Shown: positions 27,854 through 39,550 of the stretch, in pieces | How positions within the stretch are numbered: position 1 is the stretch's first letter | How the letters are laid out: each line of letters starts with the position of its first letter | Source of the DNA: an uncultured Gemmatimonadaceae bacterium | Lineage (GTDB): Bacteria; Gemmatimonadota; Gemmatimonadetes; Gemmatimonadales; Gemmatimonadaceae | DNA: 64,000 bases | NCBI GenBank assembly: GCA_963740355.1 | Contig: CAVUDW010000002.1 | Location: forward strand, 192,001-256,000 | Direction of reading: 5' to 3' | Notes under the pieces: generated by a model | Seen by the model: the letters and a program-made list of their open reading frames with translations, nothing else | The model's database searches: none | What the model was told of the DNA's origin: nothing | Program-made: the position numbers and the translations under genes

Positions 27854-29944
27854 ATGACGACGAGCGCGACTTCAAGCACGACCGGCACGATCAACATCGG
27901 TGGCCTGGCCTCGGGAGTGCAGTGGCAGGACCTGGTGACGCAGCTGGCGGCGGCAGAAACCGCCAAGAGCGTGACACCGCTGCAGACACGAATCTCCGAC
28001 GCCGAGAAGGAGAAGACCGCGTGGACGACACTCGCGGGCCTCGTCGGGAAATTGCAGGACACAGGCAACGCCCTCAAACTCGGCAGCGCCTTCACGAGCT
28101 TCGCGGCCAATGTCTCGCCCAGCTCGCAGACCAATCGCACGCTGCTCTCGTCCAGCGCGACCGCCGCCGCCCAGCCGGGATCCTACCGGGTGGAAGTGGT
28201 CGACCTGGCACGAGCTGAAAAGCTCAGCGGATCGGTCGTCAGTGACTCCGCCGCCGCCCTTGGCGTCGCCGGCTCATTCACCATCGCCGGGCAGACCGTC
28301 ACGGTCGCCGCCACCGATGCACTGAACGACGTCCGAGACAAGATCAACGCGCTCAACGGCGGCGCGACACCGAGCAAGGTGTCGGCGTCGATCCTCACCA
28401 GTGCCACCGGCCAGCAGCGCCTCGTCCTCTCGGCGGATTCCGCCGGCAGCACCGGCACGGGCCTCGTGGATGGAGCGGAAGGGGTGCTGCGCGACCTCGG
28501 CTTCGTCGACACACAGTCGCGCGCCGTGCCGTCGTCGGGCCTCGCGATCGCAGCGGCGCTTGGCGTCACCATGCCGCCGCCGAGCAGCATCAAGGTCGGT
28601 GACCGCACGATCAACGTCGACCTTTCGGTCGACTCCATTGCCAGCATCGTGGCCAAGATCCGCGCCGCGGGTGGCCAGGCCGAAGTGCAGCAGCAGTTGG
28701 TTGGCGGTGTCGCGTCGTACCGGTTGAGCGTTGGCGGCAACGTCACGGCAACCGCAGATGCCGGCAGCGCCGACACGATCGCGGCCCTCGGCTTCGCTGC
28801 CGGTGCACAGTCGTCGGTGCAGCAGGTGCTGGCCTCAGGGCTCGCGTTCCAGGATGCATCGAACAACGTCGCCGATGGCAACACGCGCCTGACCGACCTT
28901 CGTGCGGGTGGTGTGTCACTCGGCGTGAATGTCGGCGACACGCTGACCTTCAGCGGCATGCGCGGCGATGGCACCACGGTCACGACGTCGTTCGTGGTCG
29001 GTGGCGCCGATACGCTGCAGACGCTGCTCTCGAAGCTGAACGACAGCACCAGCGGCTTCGGTGGTGGTACGCGACCGGCATCGGCGAGCATCGACCCCGA
29101 TGGCAAGCTGCGGCTGAACGATACCACCGGCGGCGATTCCCGCCTGCGGTTGTCGATGTCGTTGTCGCCTGCGGCCGGCGGCGCTCCCGCATCGCTGCTG
29201 GGCTCCTTCGGCACGGAAACCGTGGGGCGTTCACGCGCCATGGTGAAGGGCAGCGACGCACAGGTGAAGGTCGATGGCGTGCTGATCACGCGGTCATCCA
29301 ACACCATCAGCGATGCCCTGGCCGGTGTCACGCTCAACCTGCTGCAGTCGGAGCCAGGCAGCGAAGTCGATCTCACGGTGACGCGCGATACGGACGCGGC
29401 CGCGAAGGCGATCAAGGATTTCGCCACCGCCTACAACGACGTCGTCACGTTCAACGCCGGCCAGCAGCTCACGGGCCAGCCGCTGGCGTACAACAGCACG
29501 CTGCGTCGTGTGATGAGCTCCTTCACGCAGGCCTTGCGTGTGGAAGTGCCAGAGGGCGGCGACTACAGTCGCGGCGCGCTCGCTGGCTTCACGCTCACGC
29601 GTGGCGGCACGATCGAAGTCGACGATGCCAAGCTGCGGGCCGCCATGGGCGCGAACCTCTCCGGCGTCCGTGCGCTGTTCGGTAGCGCCGGCCTGGGCAA
29701 CGCCATGGTCACCGCCACCTCGTTCGCCTCGCGCGCCGTGGATGGCACGATCCCGCAGACCGTGACCACCATCACGCAAGCGAACATGCGCCTCACCAAG
29801 CGCATGAAGGACATGCAGGATCGCGTGGAAGCACGCCGCGTGGCGATGATGGCGCGCTTCACCTCGATGGAACTGGCGATCAGCCGGCTGCAGCAGCAGG
29901 GCACCGCGCTCACGAATGCGGTCGCCGGCATGTCGGGCAAGTAA
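27854..29944 (+). CDS. fliD: Filament cap protein FliD
   Basis: GLASG...GSYRVEVVDLARA; DAQVKVDGVLITRSSNTISDALAGVTLNL; RFTSME. Confidence 0.93.
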   Translation: MTTSATSSTTGTINIGGLASGVQWQDLVTQLAAAETAKSVTPLQTRISDAEKEKTAWTTLAGLVGKLQDTGNALKLGSAFTSFAANVSPSSQTNRTLLSSSATAAAQPGSYRVEVVDLARAEKLSGSVVSDSAAALGVAGSFTIAGQTVTVAATDALNDVRDKINALNGGATPSKVSASILTSATGQQRLVLSADSAGSTGTGLVDGAEGVLRDLGFVDTQSRAVPSSGLAIAAALGVTMPPPSSIKVGDRTINVDLSVDSIASIVAKIRAAGGQAEVQQQLVGGVASYRLSVGGNVTATADAGSADTIAALGFAAGAQSSVQQVLASGLAFQDASNNVADGNTRLTDLRAGGVSLGVNVGDTLTFSGMRGDGTTVTTSFVVGGADTLQTLLSKLNDSTSGFGGGTRPASASIDPDGKLRLNDTTGGDSRLRLSMSLSPAAGGAPASLLGSFGTETVGRSRAMVKGSDAQVKVDGVLITRSSNTISDALAGVTLNLLQSEPGSEVDLTVTRDTDAAAKAIKDFATAYNDVVTFNAGQQLTGQPLAYNSTLRRVMSSFTQALRVEVPEGGDYSRGALAGFTLTRGGTIEVDDAKLRAAMGANLSGVRALFGSAGLGNAMVTATSFASRAVDGTIPQTVTTITQANMRLTKRMKDMQDRVEARRVAMMARFTSMELAISRLQQQGTALTNAVAGMSGK

Positions 29945-30059
29945 GTCATCGCGTCGGCACAGTCGCGGCGCGCTTGAACGCGCCGCTGATGCCGATACTG
30001 AACACGCAGTGAACGACGCACGAGTCTCACCCCACTTCACTCCCAGCATCCACGTACAC

Positions 30060-30473
30060 GTGACCTACCCATCACGCGCCACGCAGTACCGCGAACTGCA
30101 GGTCCTGTCGGCCTCGCCGGCGCGCCTCACGGTTCTCCTCTACGAGCACCTCGAAGTGGTGTTGCGTCGCGCCCAGACCGCGATGAAGAACAACCAGATC
30201 GAGCAGCGCGTGGAGAACCTCGGGAAGGCGCGGGAGATCGTCAGTGAGCTGCTCGGAACCCTCGACATCGAGCGTGGCGGAGAAATCGCCCTCGAACTGT
30301 CGATGCTGCACGGCTACATGCTGTCGGAGCTGGTCGATGTCGGCATGCGTCGCGACGTGGCGCATCTCGGTCGCCTGATCGGTATCGTGCACACGCTCAG
30401 CACGGCATTCGCCGAGGCCTCGAAGCAGCTCGACGAGTCGGCAGGCGCCCGTCCACTGGCCGCCTCGGCCTGA
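30060..30473 (+). CDS. fliS: Flagellin chaperone FliS
   Basis: YRELQVLSASPARLTVLLYE...KAREIVSEL..TLD...GGEIA; GTG start at 30060. Confidence 0.92.
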   Translation: MTYPSRATQYRELQVLSASPARLTVLLYEHLEVVLRRAQTAMKNNQIEQRVENLGKAREIVSELLGTLDIERGGEIALELSMLHGYMLSELVDVGMRRDVAHLGRLIGIVHTLSTAFAEASKQLDESAGARPLAASA

Positions 30474-30480
30474 GCCTGCG

Positions 30481-30864
30481 ATGCGTCCGGATGCCCCGTC
30501 ACCTTCGCTCGCTGTCCTCGACCTGCTCGCTCGCGCCGACGCACTCGCATTGACGGCCTCGGCGGCCATCGGAGCCGGTGATGACGAGGCCCTGTCCGCC
30601 GTGCTCGAGGATCGGGGCGTGATCGTCGAAGCGGCGCTGGCTGCCTGGGGGGATGTGCTGCCGGCCGACCGAACGCCGTCGCTGGTCGCACGCGTCCGGG
30701 CTGCCGCCCAAACCGCGGTTCAGAGTGGTGCCGAGGCTCGCTTGGTGGCCGTTCGCGCGCGCGACTTGGTGGTGGCGGAGTTGTCCGTGCTGGATGCCCG
30801 ACAGCAGGCCTCGCATGGCTATCAATCGGGCTCAGCATTGGGCTCGATCAACGTCGTGCTCTAG
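30481..30864 (+). CDS. Probable FliT-like chaperone
   Basis: Helical 127-aa protein directly after fliS; GDDEALSAVLEDR resembles the FliT core. Call rests mainly on position. Confidence 0.5.
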   Translation: MRPDAPSPSLAVLDLLARADALALTASAAIGAGDDEALSAVLEDRGVIVEAALAAWGDVLPADRTPSLVARVRAAAQTAVQSGAEARLVAVRARDLVVAELSVLDARQQASHGYQSGSALGSINVVL

Positions 30865-30948
30865 GCAGCGACTCGCTGGACGGGCTGCGCGACTGGCGAG
30901 CCCATCCGGTCAATGTTGCTCCCAGCGCCGTCACGCGTCGACACAACG

Positions 30949-31272
30949 ATGTCACAGACTTCTCAGATCTCCAGCCATGTGCTGACGCCGCGCTGGACCC
31001 ACGCGATCGATGTGCGCGCGGAGTCCCGGCGTGAGGATACCGTCTCGCTGGTCACCGTCGGCCTCTCCCTGCTCGCCGTGTTGCGTGATCAGGCAGTGCC
31101 GCTGGCGCCTGTGCCGCGCGCCGACCTGCCGCGCCGCCTGACCCCGCGACCCCAGAAGTCCGTGCCCCTCAAGGGCCCGACGCCCCTCAATGTGCCGCAG
31201 GAAATCGAGTCGATTCCCGAGCAGCAGGATGCGTCGCCGCTCCCATCCGGCGCTTCGGCGTCAGATTACTAA
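30949..31272 (+). CDS. Hypothetical Pro-rich protein
   Basis: Fills the gap before flgM; no recognisable motif; start uncertain. Confidence 0.45.
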   Translation: MSQTSQISSHVLTPRWTHAIDVRAESRREDTVSLVTVGLSLLAVLRDQAVPLAPVPRADLPRRLTPRPQKSVPLKGPTPLNVPQEIESIPEQQDASPLPSGASASDY

Positions 31273-31296
31273 AGTTTCATACGTTTCCGCCGATAC
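31270..31296 (+). promoter_or_regulatory. Sigma28 (FliA) promoter of flgM
   Basis: TAAA-N15-GCCGATAC, near consensus; GGAGG Shine-Dalgarno at 31306. Confidence 0.85.
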
Positions 31297-31319
31297 CCTC
31301 CCTACGGAGGTAGACAACT

Positions 31320-31625
31320 ATGCAGATCAATGGAAAGGGCAGGATCGATCCGAACGCGTTGAACGGCGTCAAGCCAGGTGCAGCCGACCGCACCGCGCCG
31401 ACGCGCCGCACCGAGGCTGCGTCATCGGCACCGGAGCGCGTGAAGCAAGACACGGTCACGTTCAGCGACGAAGCTCGCGCCCTCGCGAGTGGCACGTCGA
31501 CCAAGGCCGCGGCCAGCTCGGAGCGCGTCGAGGACGTGAAGAAGCGGATCATGATGGGCGCGTACAACACCGCAGAAATGGCGGGCGAAGTCGCGAAGCG
31601 CATCCTGCAGCGCGGCGAACTCTGA
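31320..31625 (+). CDS. flgM: Anti-sigma28 factor FlgM
   Basis: DTVTFSDEARAL...ERVEDVKKRIMMGAY...VAKRIL. Confidence 0.9.
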   Translation: MQINGKGRIDPNALNGVKPGAADRTAPTRRTEAASSAPERVKQDTVTFSDEARALASGTSTKAAASSERVEDVKKRIMMGAYNTAEMAGEVAKRILQRGEL

Positions 31626-31671
31626 TCGATCGCAGGCACAGCTCGAACAATTGAACGTGCTCTGACAACCT

Positions 31672-31711
31672 GACGAACGGTCGTGCGGCTCTTCCCGCAC
31701 GACCGTTCGTC
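31672..31711 (+). terminator. Strong stem-loop after flgM
   Basis: Perfect 17-bp stem GACGAACGGTCGTGCGG-CTCTTC-CCGCACGACCGTTCGTC. Confidence 0.75.
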
Positions 31712-31766
31712 GTTGTGGCGTATAGGCGACGTGCGATGCTTGCAATATCACATCGCCGTCGTGCAC

Positions 31767-31793
31767 TCAAGCCGCGCGCGCACCGGACGACAC
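31767..31793 (+). promoter_or_regulatory. Putative sigma28 promoter of the che operon
   Basis: TCAAG-N14-GACGACAC, matching the fliC variant. Confidence 0.45.
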
Positions 31794-31909
31794 TTGTACG
31801 CGGGAAGACTCCTCCCCCGCATACCGAACGGCACTGCTGCCGTTCCCTTCGACCGGGATGTGCGCGCCACCGTGCACATCCTCCACTCGCCAACGGCAGA
31901 GACGCGACA

Positions 31910-32281
31910 ATGAAGTTCCTGGTTGTGGATGATTCAGCAACGATGCGCCGGATTGTGGTGAACTCCCTCCAGCGCATCGGGTTCACGAACTGTGTCGAGG
32001 CAGCGGATGGTGTCGAAGCCCTTGCCCGATTCGACAGCTCCATCGCGTTCGTCATCACCGACTGGAACATGCCGAACATGTCGGGCACTGAACTGGTGCA
32101 GGCCCTGCGCCAGCGCGATGACGGTCGCACCGTGCCGGTGTTGATGGTGACTGCGCGCAGTGTGCGCGAGGACATCATCACGGCGCTCGAAGCCGGCGTC
32201 AACAACTACATCGTGAAGCCCTTCACGCCACAGGTGCTGAAGGAAAAGATCGACAGTCTCATCGTCACACCGGCGGCGTGA
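31910..32281 (+). CDS. cheY: Chemotaxis response regulator CheY
   Basis: MKFLVVDDSATMRRI, TDWNMP, YIVKPF. Confidence 0.95.
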   Translation: MKFLVVDDSATMRRIVVNSLQRIGFTNCVEAADGVEALARFDSSIAFVITDWNMPNMSGTELVQALRQRDDGRTVPVLMVTARSVREDIITALEAGVNNYIVKPFTPQVLKEKIDSLIVTPAA

Positions 32282-33006
32282 ACATGTCGAAAGAACGGGC
32301 CTCAGAACTGATGTACGACACGGCCTCCACGCTGCGCCTGCTCGATGCCGAGCTGGGCGAGCTGGCGCCGCGCCGTGCACCCGAATCACAGAGTACGACG
32401 ACCGCAGAAGCGGCCGCTGCAATCGGCTCCACTGATCGCGTCCTGCCGCTGCTGCCCGCCCTCTTCGTGCGAGCGATGGGTGAAGTGCATGCGATGCTGG
32501 CCTCGATTCGCACCGGACGCGAGCACATTCGCGCTGCCGCCACCGAGCGCCTCGCACACACCAACGAAAAGCTCGACGAGGTGTCGTCGGCCACCGCCAC
32601 CGCAGCCATCGACATCATGGACGCGCTCGATCGCGCCGTGGCCAAGGTCGATGAACTCGAGACACCGGAAGTCCTGGCCGACGCCGACAAGGGCGTCGCG
32701 ATTCGCGGTGACTTGCGCGATGAGCTCTTCGCCGTGATGGGCCACATGCAATTCCAGGACATCACGTCGCAGCAGATCATGCACGTGCAGTCACTGCTGG
32801 CCGAGATGGAGGGGCGACTGACCGACATCGCGAACCTCTTCGATCATCAATCTGGTGACAGTGGCAGCGGCGCACCGGCACCGGTGCTCGCACCGCGTCA
32901 GCAGAAGGATGCACACTCCTTCGACCCGAACGCGACCCTCGCCGATGCCGATGCCCGTCAGGCCCTGGCCGATGCGCTGGTTGAACGTGGTGCTGCCGGT
33001 GGCTGA
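32278..33006 (+). CDS. cheZ: CheZ-family phosphatase
   Basis: FQDITSQQI (DxxxQ catalytic motif); C-terminal QALADAL CheY-binding helix; between cheY and cheA. Confidence 0.85.
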   Translation: MNMSKERASELMYDTASTLRLLDAELGELAPRRAPESQSTTTAEAAAAIGSTDRVLPLLPALFVRAMGEVHAMLASIRTGREHIRAAATERLAHTNEKLDEVSSATATAAIDIMDALDRAVAKVDELETPEVLADADKGVAIRGDLRDELFAVMGHMQFQDITSQQIMHVQSLLAEMEGRLTDIANLFDHQSGDSGSGAPAPVLAPRQQKDAHSFDPNATLADADARQALADALVERGAAGG

Positions 33007-33042
33007 CTGGAACCGCTGCGTCCCCATGTCACTGATCCTGCG

Positions 33043-35388
33043 ATGATTCCGTCGGAACTCAACGACGCCGCGTTCATCGTCATGCAGCTCGAGCCGAGCG
33101 AGCACGATGACATCAAGGCGTTACGCGACACGTTGCGACACTTCGCGGTGTTCGACGCCACGGCCAGCACGCAGGTCCGTGCCCACGCCCAGCAGGCGGC
33201 GACCTATCTCAACCTGATCCTGCTCGGTGGCTCGGCGGATGACGCCGGGCTGCTGGTACAGGCCAGCGAAGCCATTGATTCCGCGATCAAGACCGCGGAA
33301 GCCTCCTCGATCGGCGCGCCGCGCGTGACCGAGGCGGACCTGGTCGCCATCGTGCACGACGCCGGCGATGCAGACGCGCTCAGCGAATCGATGGAGGCGA
33401 CGGCGGCAGCCGCGCCGAAGAAGCGAAAGACGACGCCCGCCGCATCCACCAAGGCGACGCCGGCCGTGCCAGTGCCAGTTTCTGCGCCAGTGCAGGCCGC
33501 CGTTCCGGCGCCCGCGCCGACAGTCGTGCAACACGTGCCACAGCCTGCGGTGTCGATTGCAGCCGCGTCGGTGCCTTCGGCACCCGCCGTCGAGGTGCAC
33601 CCCACCGCGGTGGATGGTGGCACGATTCCCGATGACGCCGACCTCGCGCTGCTGGGGGACTTCATTGCGGAAAGCCGCGAAGGCATGGCAGGCGCCGAAG
33701 CTGCACTCCTCGAGCTCGAAGCCAATCCGGAAGATCTGGAAGCGATCAACACCGTCTTCCGCGCCTTCCATACGGTCAAGGGCACCGCAGCCTTCATGGG
33801 TCTCGATCGCCTGGCCGAATTCGCACACCACGCCGAGTCGCTGCTGAGCCGCGTGCGTGATCGCGAACTGCCGTATACGCAGGCGGTCGCCAACCTGTCG
33901 TTGCGCTCCAACGACGTGCTGGGCGAGTTCCTCGATGCGATCGAGAAGTCCGTGCATGCGCACGAACCGATCGCGTTGCCGCGGGACTACGCAGACCTGA
34001 TGCATGACCTGCTCAACGTCGATGCCGTGCTGGCTGGGATCGCGACGCGGACCGTCGCCGCCGCTGCACCGACGTCCGAGTCCGCCGCGCCAGTCGCCAC
34101 GACTGCTGCTGCTGCCAGTGCGTCGAGCTCGGCGCCGGTGCTCGTACAGCGCGCCGCTGATGCGGTGCGTGGTGGCGTGAAGACGGAAGCGGACCTGTCG
34201 GTTCGCGTGCGAACCGACCGCCTCGATCGCCTCATCGACATGGTCGGTGAGCTGGTCATCGCACAGTCGATGATTGCCGCCGATCCGGCCGTGACGGCGA
34301 TCGGTCAGCACGACCTGGTGAAGAAGGTCTCGCATGCCGGCAAGATCATGCGCGAGCTGCAGGACCTGAGCATGTCGATGCGCATGGTGCCGCTCAAGTC
34401 GACCTTCCAGAAGCTGACACGCCTCGTGCGTGACGTGGCCCTCAAGGCTGGCAAGGTCGTCGAGCTGGTGACCGACGGTGAAGAGACGGAGCTCGATCGC
34501 AACATGGTCGATGCGATCGCCGATCCACTGGTGCACATGGTGCGCAATGCCGTCGACCATGGGGTCGAAGGGCCGGCCGATCGTGAACGCGCGGGCAAGC
34601 CCCGCGCTGGGCGCGTCAAGCTGGCCGCCTTCCAGCAGGGCGGCAGCGTGATCGTCGAACTGCGCGACGACGGCCGCGGCCTCAATCGTGACCGCATCCT
34701 CGCGAAGGCGATCGAGAAGGGACTGGTGTCGGCGAATCACTCGCTCACCGATTCCGAGATCAACGCCCTCATCTTCGCACCTGGCTTCAGTACCGCCGAG
34801 ACGGTGACCGACATCTCTGGCCGCGGAGTCGGCATGGATGTGGTGCGCCGCAACATCGAGTCGATTCGCGGGCGCATCGACATCCAGTCGGTGCTCGGGC
34901 AGGGCACGACCTTCCAGATTCGCCTGCCGCTCACCCTCGCGGTGACCGATGGCATGCTGGTGCGCGTTGCCGATGAACGCTACATCGTGCCGCTGACCAG
35001 CATCTCGCTCAGCTTCCGTCCTGAGCCCGACATGCTCTCGACGATTCCGCCGAACGGCGAAGTCGTGATGCTGCGTGGAGAAGTGCTGCCGGTGGTTCGC
35101 CTGCACCAGATGTTCGGCATCCCGAACGCGGTCACCAACCCGAGCGAGGCGATCCTGATGATCGTCGGCGACGGCGCGCAGCGTGTGGCGCTGCTGGTGG
35201 ACCAGTTGCTCGGACAGCAGCAGGTGGTGGCGAAGGCGCTCGGTGATGGTGTGGGTGAAATCCCCGGCATCTCCGGCGGCGCAATCCTCAGCGATGGTCG
35301 TGTGGGCCTGATCATCGACGTCGCCCGCATGACATCACTCGCTCGCACCGGCGATGCACGGCCGCGCGGCCTGTCGCACGCAGCCTGA
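33043..35388 (+). CDS. cheA: Chemotaxis histidine kinase CheA with an N-terminal extension
   Basis: Hpt FRAFHTVKG, LDRLIDMVGELVI, HMVRNAVDHG, DDGRG, GRGVGMDVV, CheW-like domain. Confidence 0.96.
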   Translation: MIPSELNDAAFIVMQLEPSEHDDIKALRDTLRHFAVFDATASTQVRAHAQQAATYLNLILLGGSADDAGLLVQASEAIDSAIKTAEASSIGAPRVTEADLVAIVHDAGDADALSESMEATAAAAPKKRKTTPAASTKATPAVPVPVSAPVQAAVPAPAPTVVQHVPQPAVSIAAASVPSAPAVEVHPTAVDGGTIPDDADLALLGDFIAESREGMAGAEAALLELEANPEDLEAINTVFRAFHTVKGTAAFMGLDRLAEFAHHAESLLSRVRDRELPYTQAVANLSLRSNDVLGEFLDAIEKSVHAHEPIALPRDYADLMHDLLNVDAVLAGIATRTVAAAAPTSESAAPVATTAAAASASSSAPVLVQRAADAVRGGVKTEADLSVRVRTDRLDRLIDMVGELVIAQSMIAADPAVTAIGQHDLVKKVSHAGKIMRELQDLSMSMRMVPLKSTFQKLTRLVRDVALKAGKVVELVTDGEETELDRNMVDAIADPLVHMVRNAVDHGVEGPADRERAGKPRAGRVKLAAFQQGGSVIVELRDDGRGLNRDRILAKAIEKGLVSANHSLTDSEINALIFAPGFSTAETVTDISGRGVGMDVVRRNIESIRGRIDIQSVLGQGTTFQIRLPLTLAVTDGMLVRVADERYIVPLTSISLSFRPEPDMLSTIPPNGEVVMLRGEVLPVVRLHQMFGIPNAVTNPSEAILMIVGDGAQRVALLVDQLLGQQQVVAKALGDGVGEIPGISGGAILSDGRVGLIIDVARMTSLARTGDARPRGLSHAA

Positions 35389-35397
35389 CCTGATATC

Positions 35398-35425
35398 TCA
35401 AGCCTGACGCACGCTTTGTCGATAC
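35398..35425 (+). promoter_or_regulatory. Putative internal sigma28 promoter before cheW
   Basis: TCAAG-N15-GTCGATAC in the cheA-cheW gap. Confidence 0.45.
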
Positions 35426-35495
35426 TCACCAGGGATGCGCCGCTGTCGGCGCAGCCCATTGCGATTCCGCCCTCGCACGACTCCTTGGAGATGGC

Positions 35496-35993
35496 ATGAC
35501 CAGCACCGTTGACCGCACCGCCGCATCGCTCGGTGGCAAGTACCTGACGTTCTTCCTCGCGGGCGAGGAGTACGGTGTCGAGATCCTGCGCGTGCAGGAA
35601 ATCATCAGCATGATGCCTGTGACCCGTGTGCCGCGCACCCCGCCGTACATCCGGGGCGTGATCAACCTGCGTGGCAAGGTGATCCCGATCATGGATCTGC
35701 GCGAGAAGTTCGGCATGCCCGCGTCCACCGAGCCGGAACAGGTGATGATCGTGGTGCAGGTGGATGGTGTGCAGATCGGCGTGGTGGCTGACAAGGTCTC
35801 CGAGGTGGCGAGCATCGCCTCCGAGGACATCGACCCGACACCGGATTTCGGCGCCGAGTTCCACACCGAATTCCTGCTCGGCCTCGGCAAGTCGAATGGT
35901 CGCTTGCGCCTGCTGCTCGACATCGAGCGTGTGCTGTCGACCGACGAAGTGACGGCGATCGCCTCGATTCCGGCGCTCAACCAGGCCGACTGA
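35496..35993 (+). CDS. cheW: Coupling protein CheW
   Basis: YLTFFL..EEYG, GVINLRGKVIP. Confidence 0.95.
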   Translation: MTSTVDRTAASLGGKYLTFFLAGEEYGVEILRVQEIISMMPVTRVPRTPPYIRGVINLRGKVIPIMDLREKFGMPASTEPEQVMIVVQVDGVQIGVVADKVSEVASIASEDIDPTPDFGAEFHTEFLLGLGKSNGRLRLLLDIERVLSTDEVTAIASIPALNQAD

Positions 35994-36151
35994 TCGACGC
36001 GCTTCGGCGCACGTTCGACGTTCCCACCCGCTCGTCGGCCACTCGAGGCACCGGATCACCCAGGCTTCCCGCAGACCATCCGTGGTTGCCTGGGTGATCT
36101 GCGTCTCCGGCCTCGCGCCGCCGACTGACCGCTCCCCGCCATCCCCGCCGC

Positions 36152-36982
36152 ATGTCGTCCATCAGTAGCCCAGACACGTTCATGAGTGCGCCCGAGCTCT
36201 CGGCGGAAGACTTCCGCCGCGTGCGTCGGATCGCGTACGAACGTGCCGGCCTCGCGATTCCTGCGGGCAAGGAAGGACTGGTGCGCTCGCGCGTCTCGAA
36301 GCGCCTCCGTGAACGCCGCATCCCATCGTTCAACGCCTACCTCGACACCGTCGAGGCCGAGAAGAATGGCGAGGAGTTGGTGAAGCTGATCGACCTGCTC
36401 ACCACCAACAAGACGGACTTCTTCCGCGAGCCCGCGCACTTCGACTTCCTGCTCAACCACGTCGTTCCCTCGGTGGTTGCCGCCGGCACGCCGCTGCGCA
36501 TCTGGAGCGCCGGTTGCTCATCCGGCGAGGAACCGTACACGCTGTCGATGGTGCTGCGTGAAGCGCTGCCGCCGCGTTACGACTTCCGGATCCTCGCCAC
36601 CGACATCGGGACGCACGTGGTCGCCGCAGCCAAGCGCGGCAACTACACGGCGCAACAGCTCTCCGACGTCTCGGTCGCGCGCCGTCAGCGCTGGTTCACC
36701 TCGGGCGAGGATGGCAGCGGTACCGTCATTCCGGAATTGAAGGCGCCGATCAGCTTCGCGCACCTGAACCTGATGGCGAAGTGGCCGATGAATGGTCCGT
36801 TCGACGTCATCTTCTGTCGCAACGTGATGATCTACTTCGACAAGCCGACCGTCACCCGGCTGGTCGGACGGTTCCATGAGTTGCTGGCGCCTGGTGGACA
36901 CCTGTTCATCGGTCACTCGGAGAGCCTGACGGCGATCGAGCACAAGTACCGTTACGTGCAGCCGGCGGTGTACGCGAAATGA
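36152..36982 (+). CDS. cheR: MCP methyltransferase CheR
   Basis: TTNKTDFFRE, WSAGCSSGEEPY, IFCRNVMIYF, GHSES. Confidence 0.96.
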   Translation: MSSISSPDTFMSAPELSAEDFRRVRRIAYERAGLAIPAGKEGLVRSRVSKRLRERRIPSFNAYLDTVEAEKNGEELVKLIDLLTTNKTDFFREPAHFDFLLNHVVPSVVAAGTPLRIWSAGCSSGEEPYTLSMVLREALPPRYDFRILATDIGTHVVAAAKRGNYTAQQLSDVSVARRQRWFTSGEDGSGTVIPELKAPISFAHLNLMAKWPMNGPFDVIFCRNVMIYFDKPTVTRLVGRFHELLAPGGHLFIGHSESLTAIEHKYRYVQPAVYAK

Positions 36983-37545
36983 GTCCCATCGAATCCGCCG
37001 CACCACCGCGCCCGGTGATCATCGGCATGGCCGACGTGAAGGTGTCCGACAAGCCGGACGAGACACTCATCACCTACGCGCTCGGCAGTTGCCTGGGCAT
37101 CGTGGTGCACGACCCGGTGGCACGCGTGGCCGGCCTGCTGCACGTGATGTTGCCCAGCTCGCAGATCGATGAGGCAAAGGCGAAGGCGCAGCCGGCGATG
37201 TTCGTGGACACCGGCGTGCCGCTGCTGTTCAAGGAGTGTTATCGCCTTGGCGCCCGGAAGGAACGCATGACCGTCAGTGTGGCGGGCGGCTCGTTCTCCG
37301 GACGGTCAGACGCCGATGACACCTTCCAGATCGGCAAGCGCAACATGCTCACGCTGCGCAAGCTACTGTGGAAAAACGGTGTCCTGATTCACGTCGACGA
37401 CACCGGCGGCGTGCAGCAGTCCCGCACCATGTCGGTGAATGTGTCCACCGGACTCGTACAGTTGCGCACCAACGGCACGCTGCGCGTGCTCTCGCCCGAG
37501 ACGCCGTCCTTCCCGTCGGCGCCTGCCGTCGCTTCCCCGAGGTAG
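36979..37545 (+). CDS. cheD: Chemoreceptor glutamine deamidase CheD
   Basis: LGSCLGI, GLLHVMLP, IGKRN, DTGG. Confidence 0.93.
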   Translation: MSPIESAAPPRPVIIGMADVKVSDKPDETLITYALGSCLGIVVHDPVARVAGLLHVMLPSSQIDEAKAKAQPAMFVDTGVPLLFKECYRLGARKERMTVSVAGGSFSGRSDADDTFQIGKRNMLTLRKLLWKNGVLIHVDDTGGVQQSRTMSVNVSTGLVQLRTNGTLRVLSPETPSFPSAPAVASPR

Positions 37546-37925
37546 GGTCATGAATCTGAATGTGCTGATCGTCGACGACAGTGCCGTGATGCGCGCGATG
37601 ATTCGCCGCACGCTGTCGCTCTGTGGAATCCCGCTCGGCGAGGTCTACGAAGCCGCCAACGGCGTCGAGGCGCTCGAGCGGCTTGGTGAGCACTGGGTCG
37701 ATCTGGCCCTGCTCGATGTCAACATGCCGGTGATGGACGGCGAAGAGTTGCTCACGCGCATCCGGGCCAGCGAGGAATGGCGCGCGCTGGCCGTGATCAT
37801 CGTCAGCACCGAAAGCAGTGATACCCGACTGGCACGCCTGCGCGCACACAGCGTCGAAATCGTGCACAAGCCGTTCACTCCCGAACAGCTTCGCAATACC
37901 ATCCTCCAGGTCACCGGACTGACGC

Positions 37926-39478
<1,553 letters not shown>

Positions 39479-39485
39479 TCCGTGG

Positions 39486-39517
39486 CTGACGCCGCGCCCG
39501 TTGGTGCGCGGCGTCAG
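39486..39517 (+). terminator. Stem-loop ending the che operon
   Basis: 12-bp stem CTGACGCCGCGC / GCGCGGCGTCAG. Confidence 0.6.
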
Positions 39518-39550
39518 GAGTGCGGTTCGGGTGGGTGCTAGATTTGGCCC

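Noticed and set aside
29974..29998. Sigma28 promoter before fliS
   Set aside because: The -10 (GCCGATAC) is good, but there is no -35 at the correct spacing, so it is left uncalled.
33026..33045. Possible missing base that would extend CheA to an upstream ATG (MSTDPAM...)
   Set aside because: Speculative without reads; ATG 33043 already gives a complete protein.
33121..35106. 661-aa minus-strand ORF, and similar long ORFs at 39020-40888, 59614-61005, 16961-18340 and 28183-29427
   Set aside because: These are antisense shadows of well-supported genes in high-GC DNA and show no motifs.
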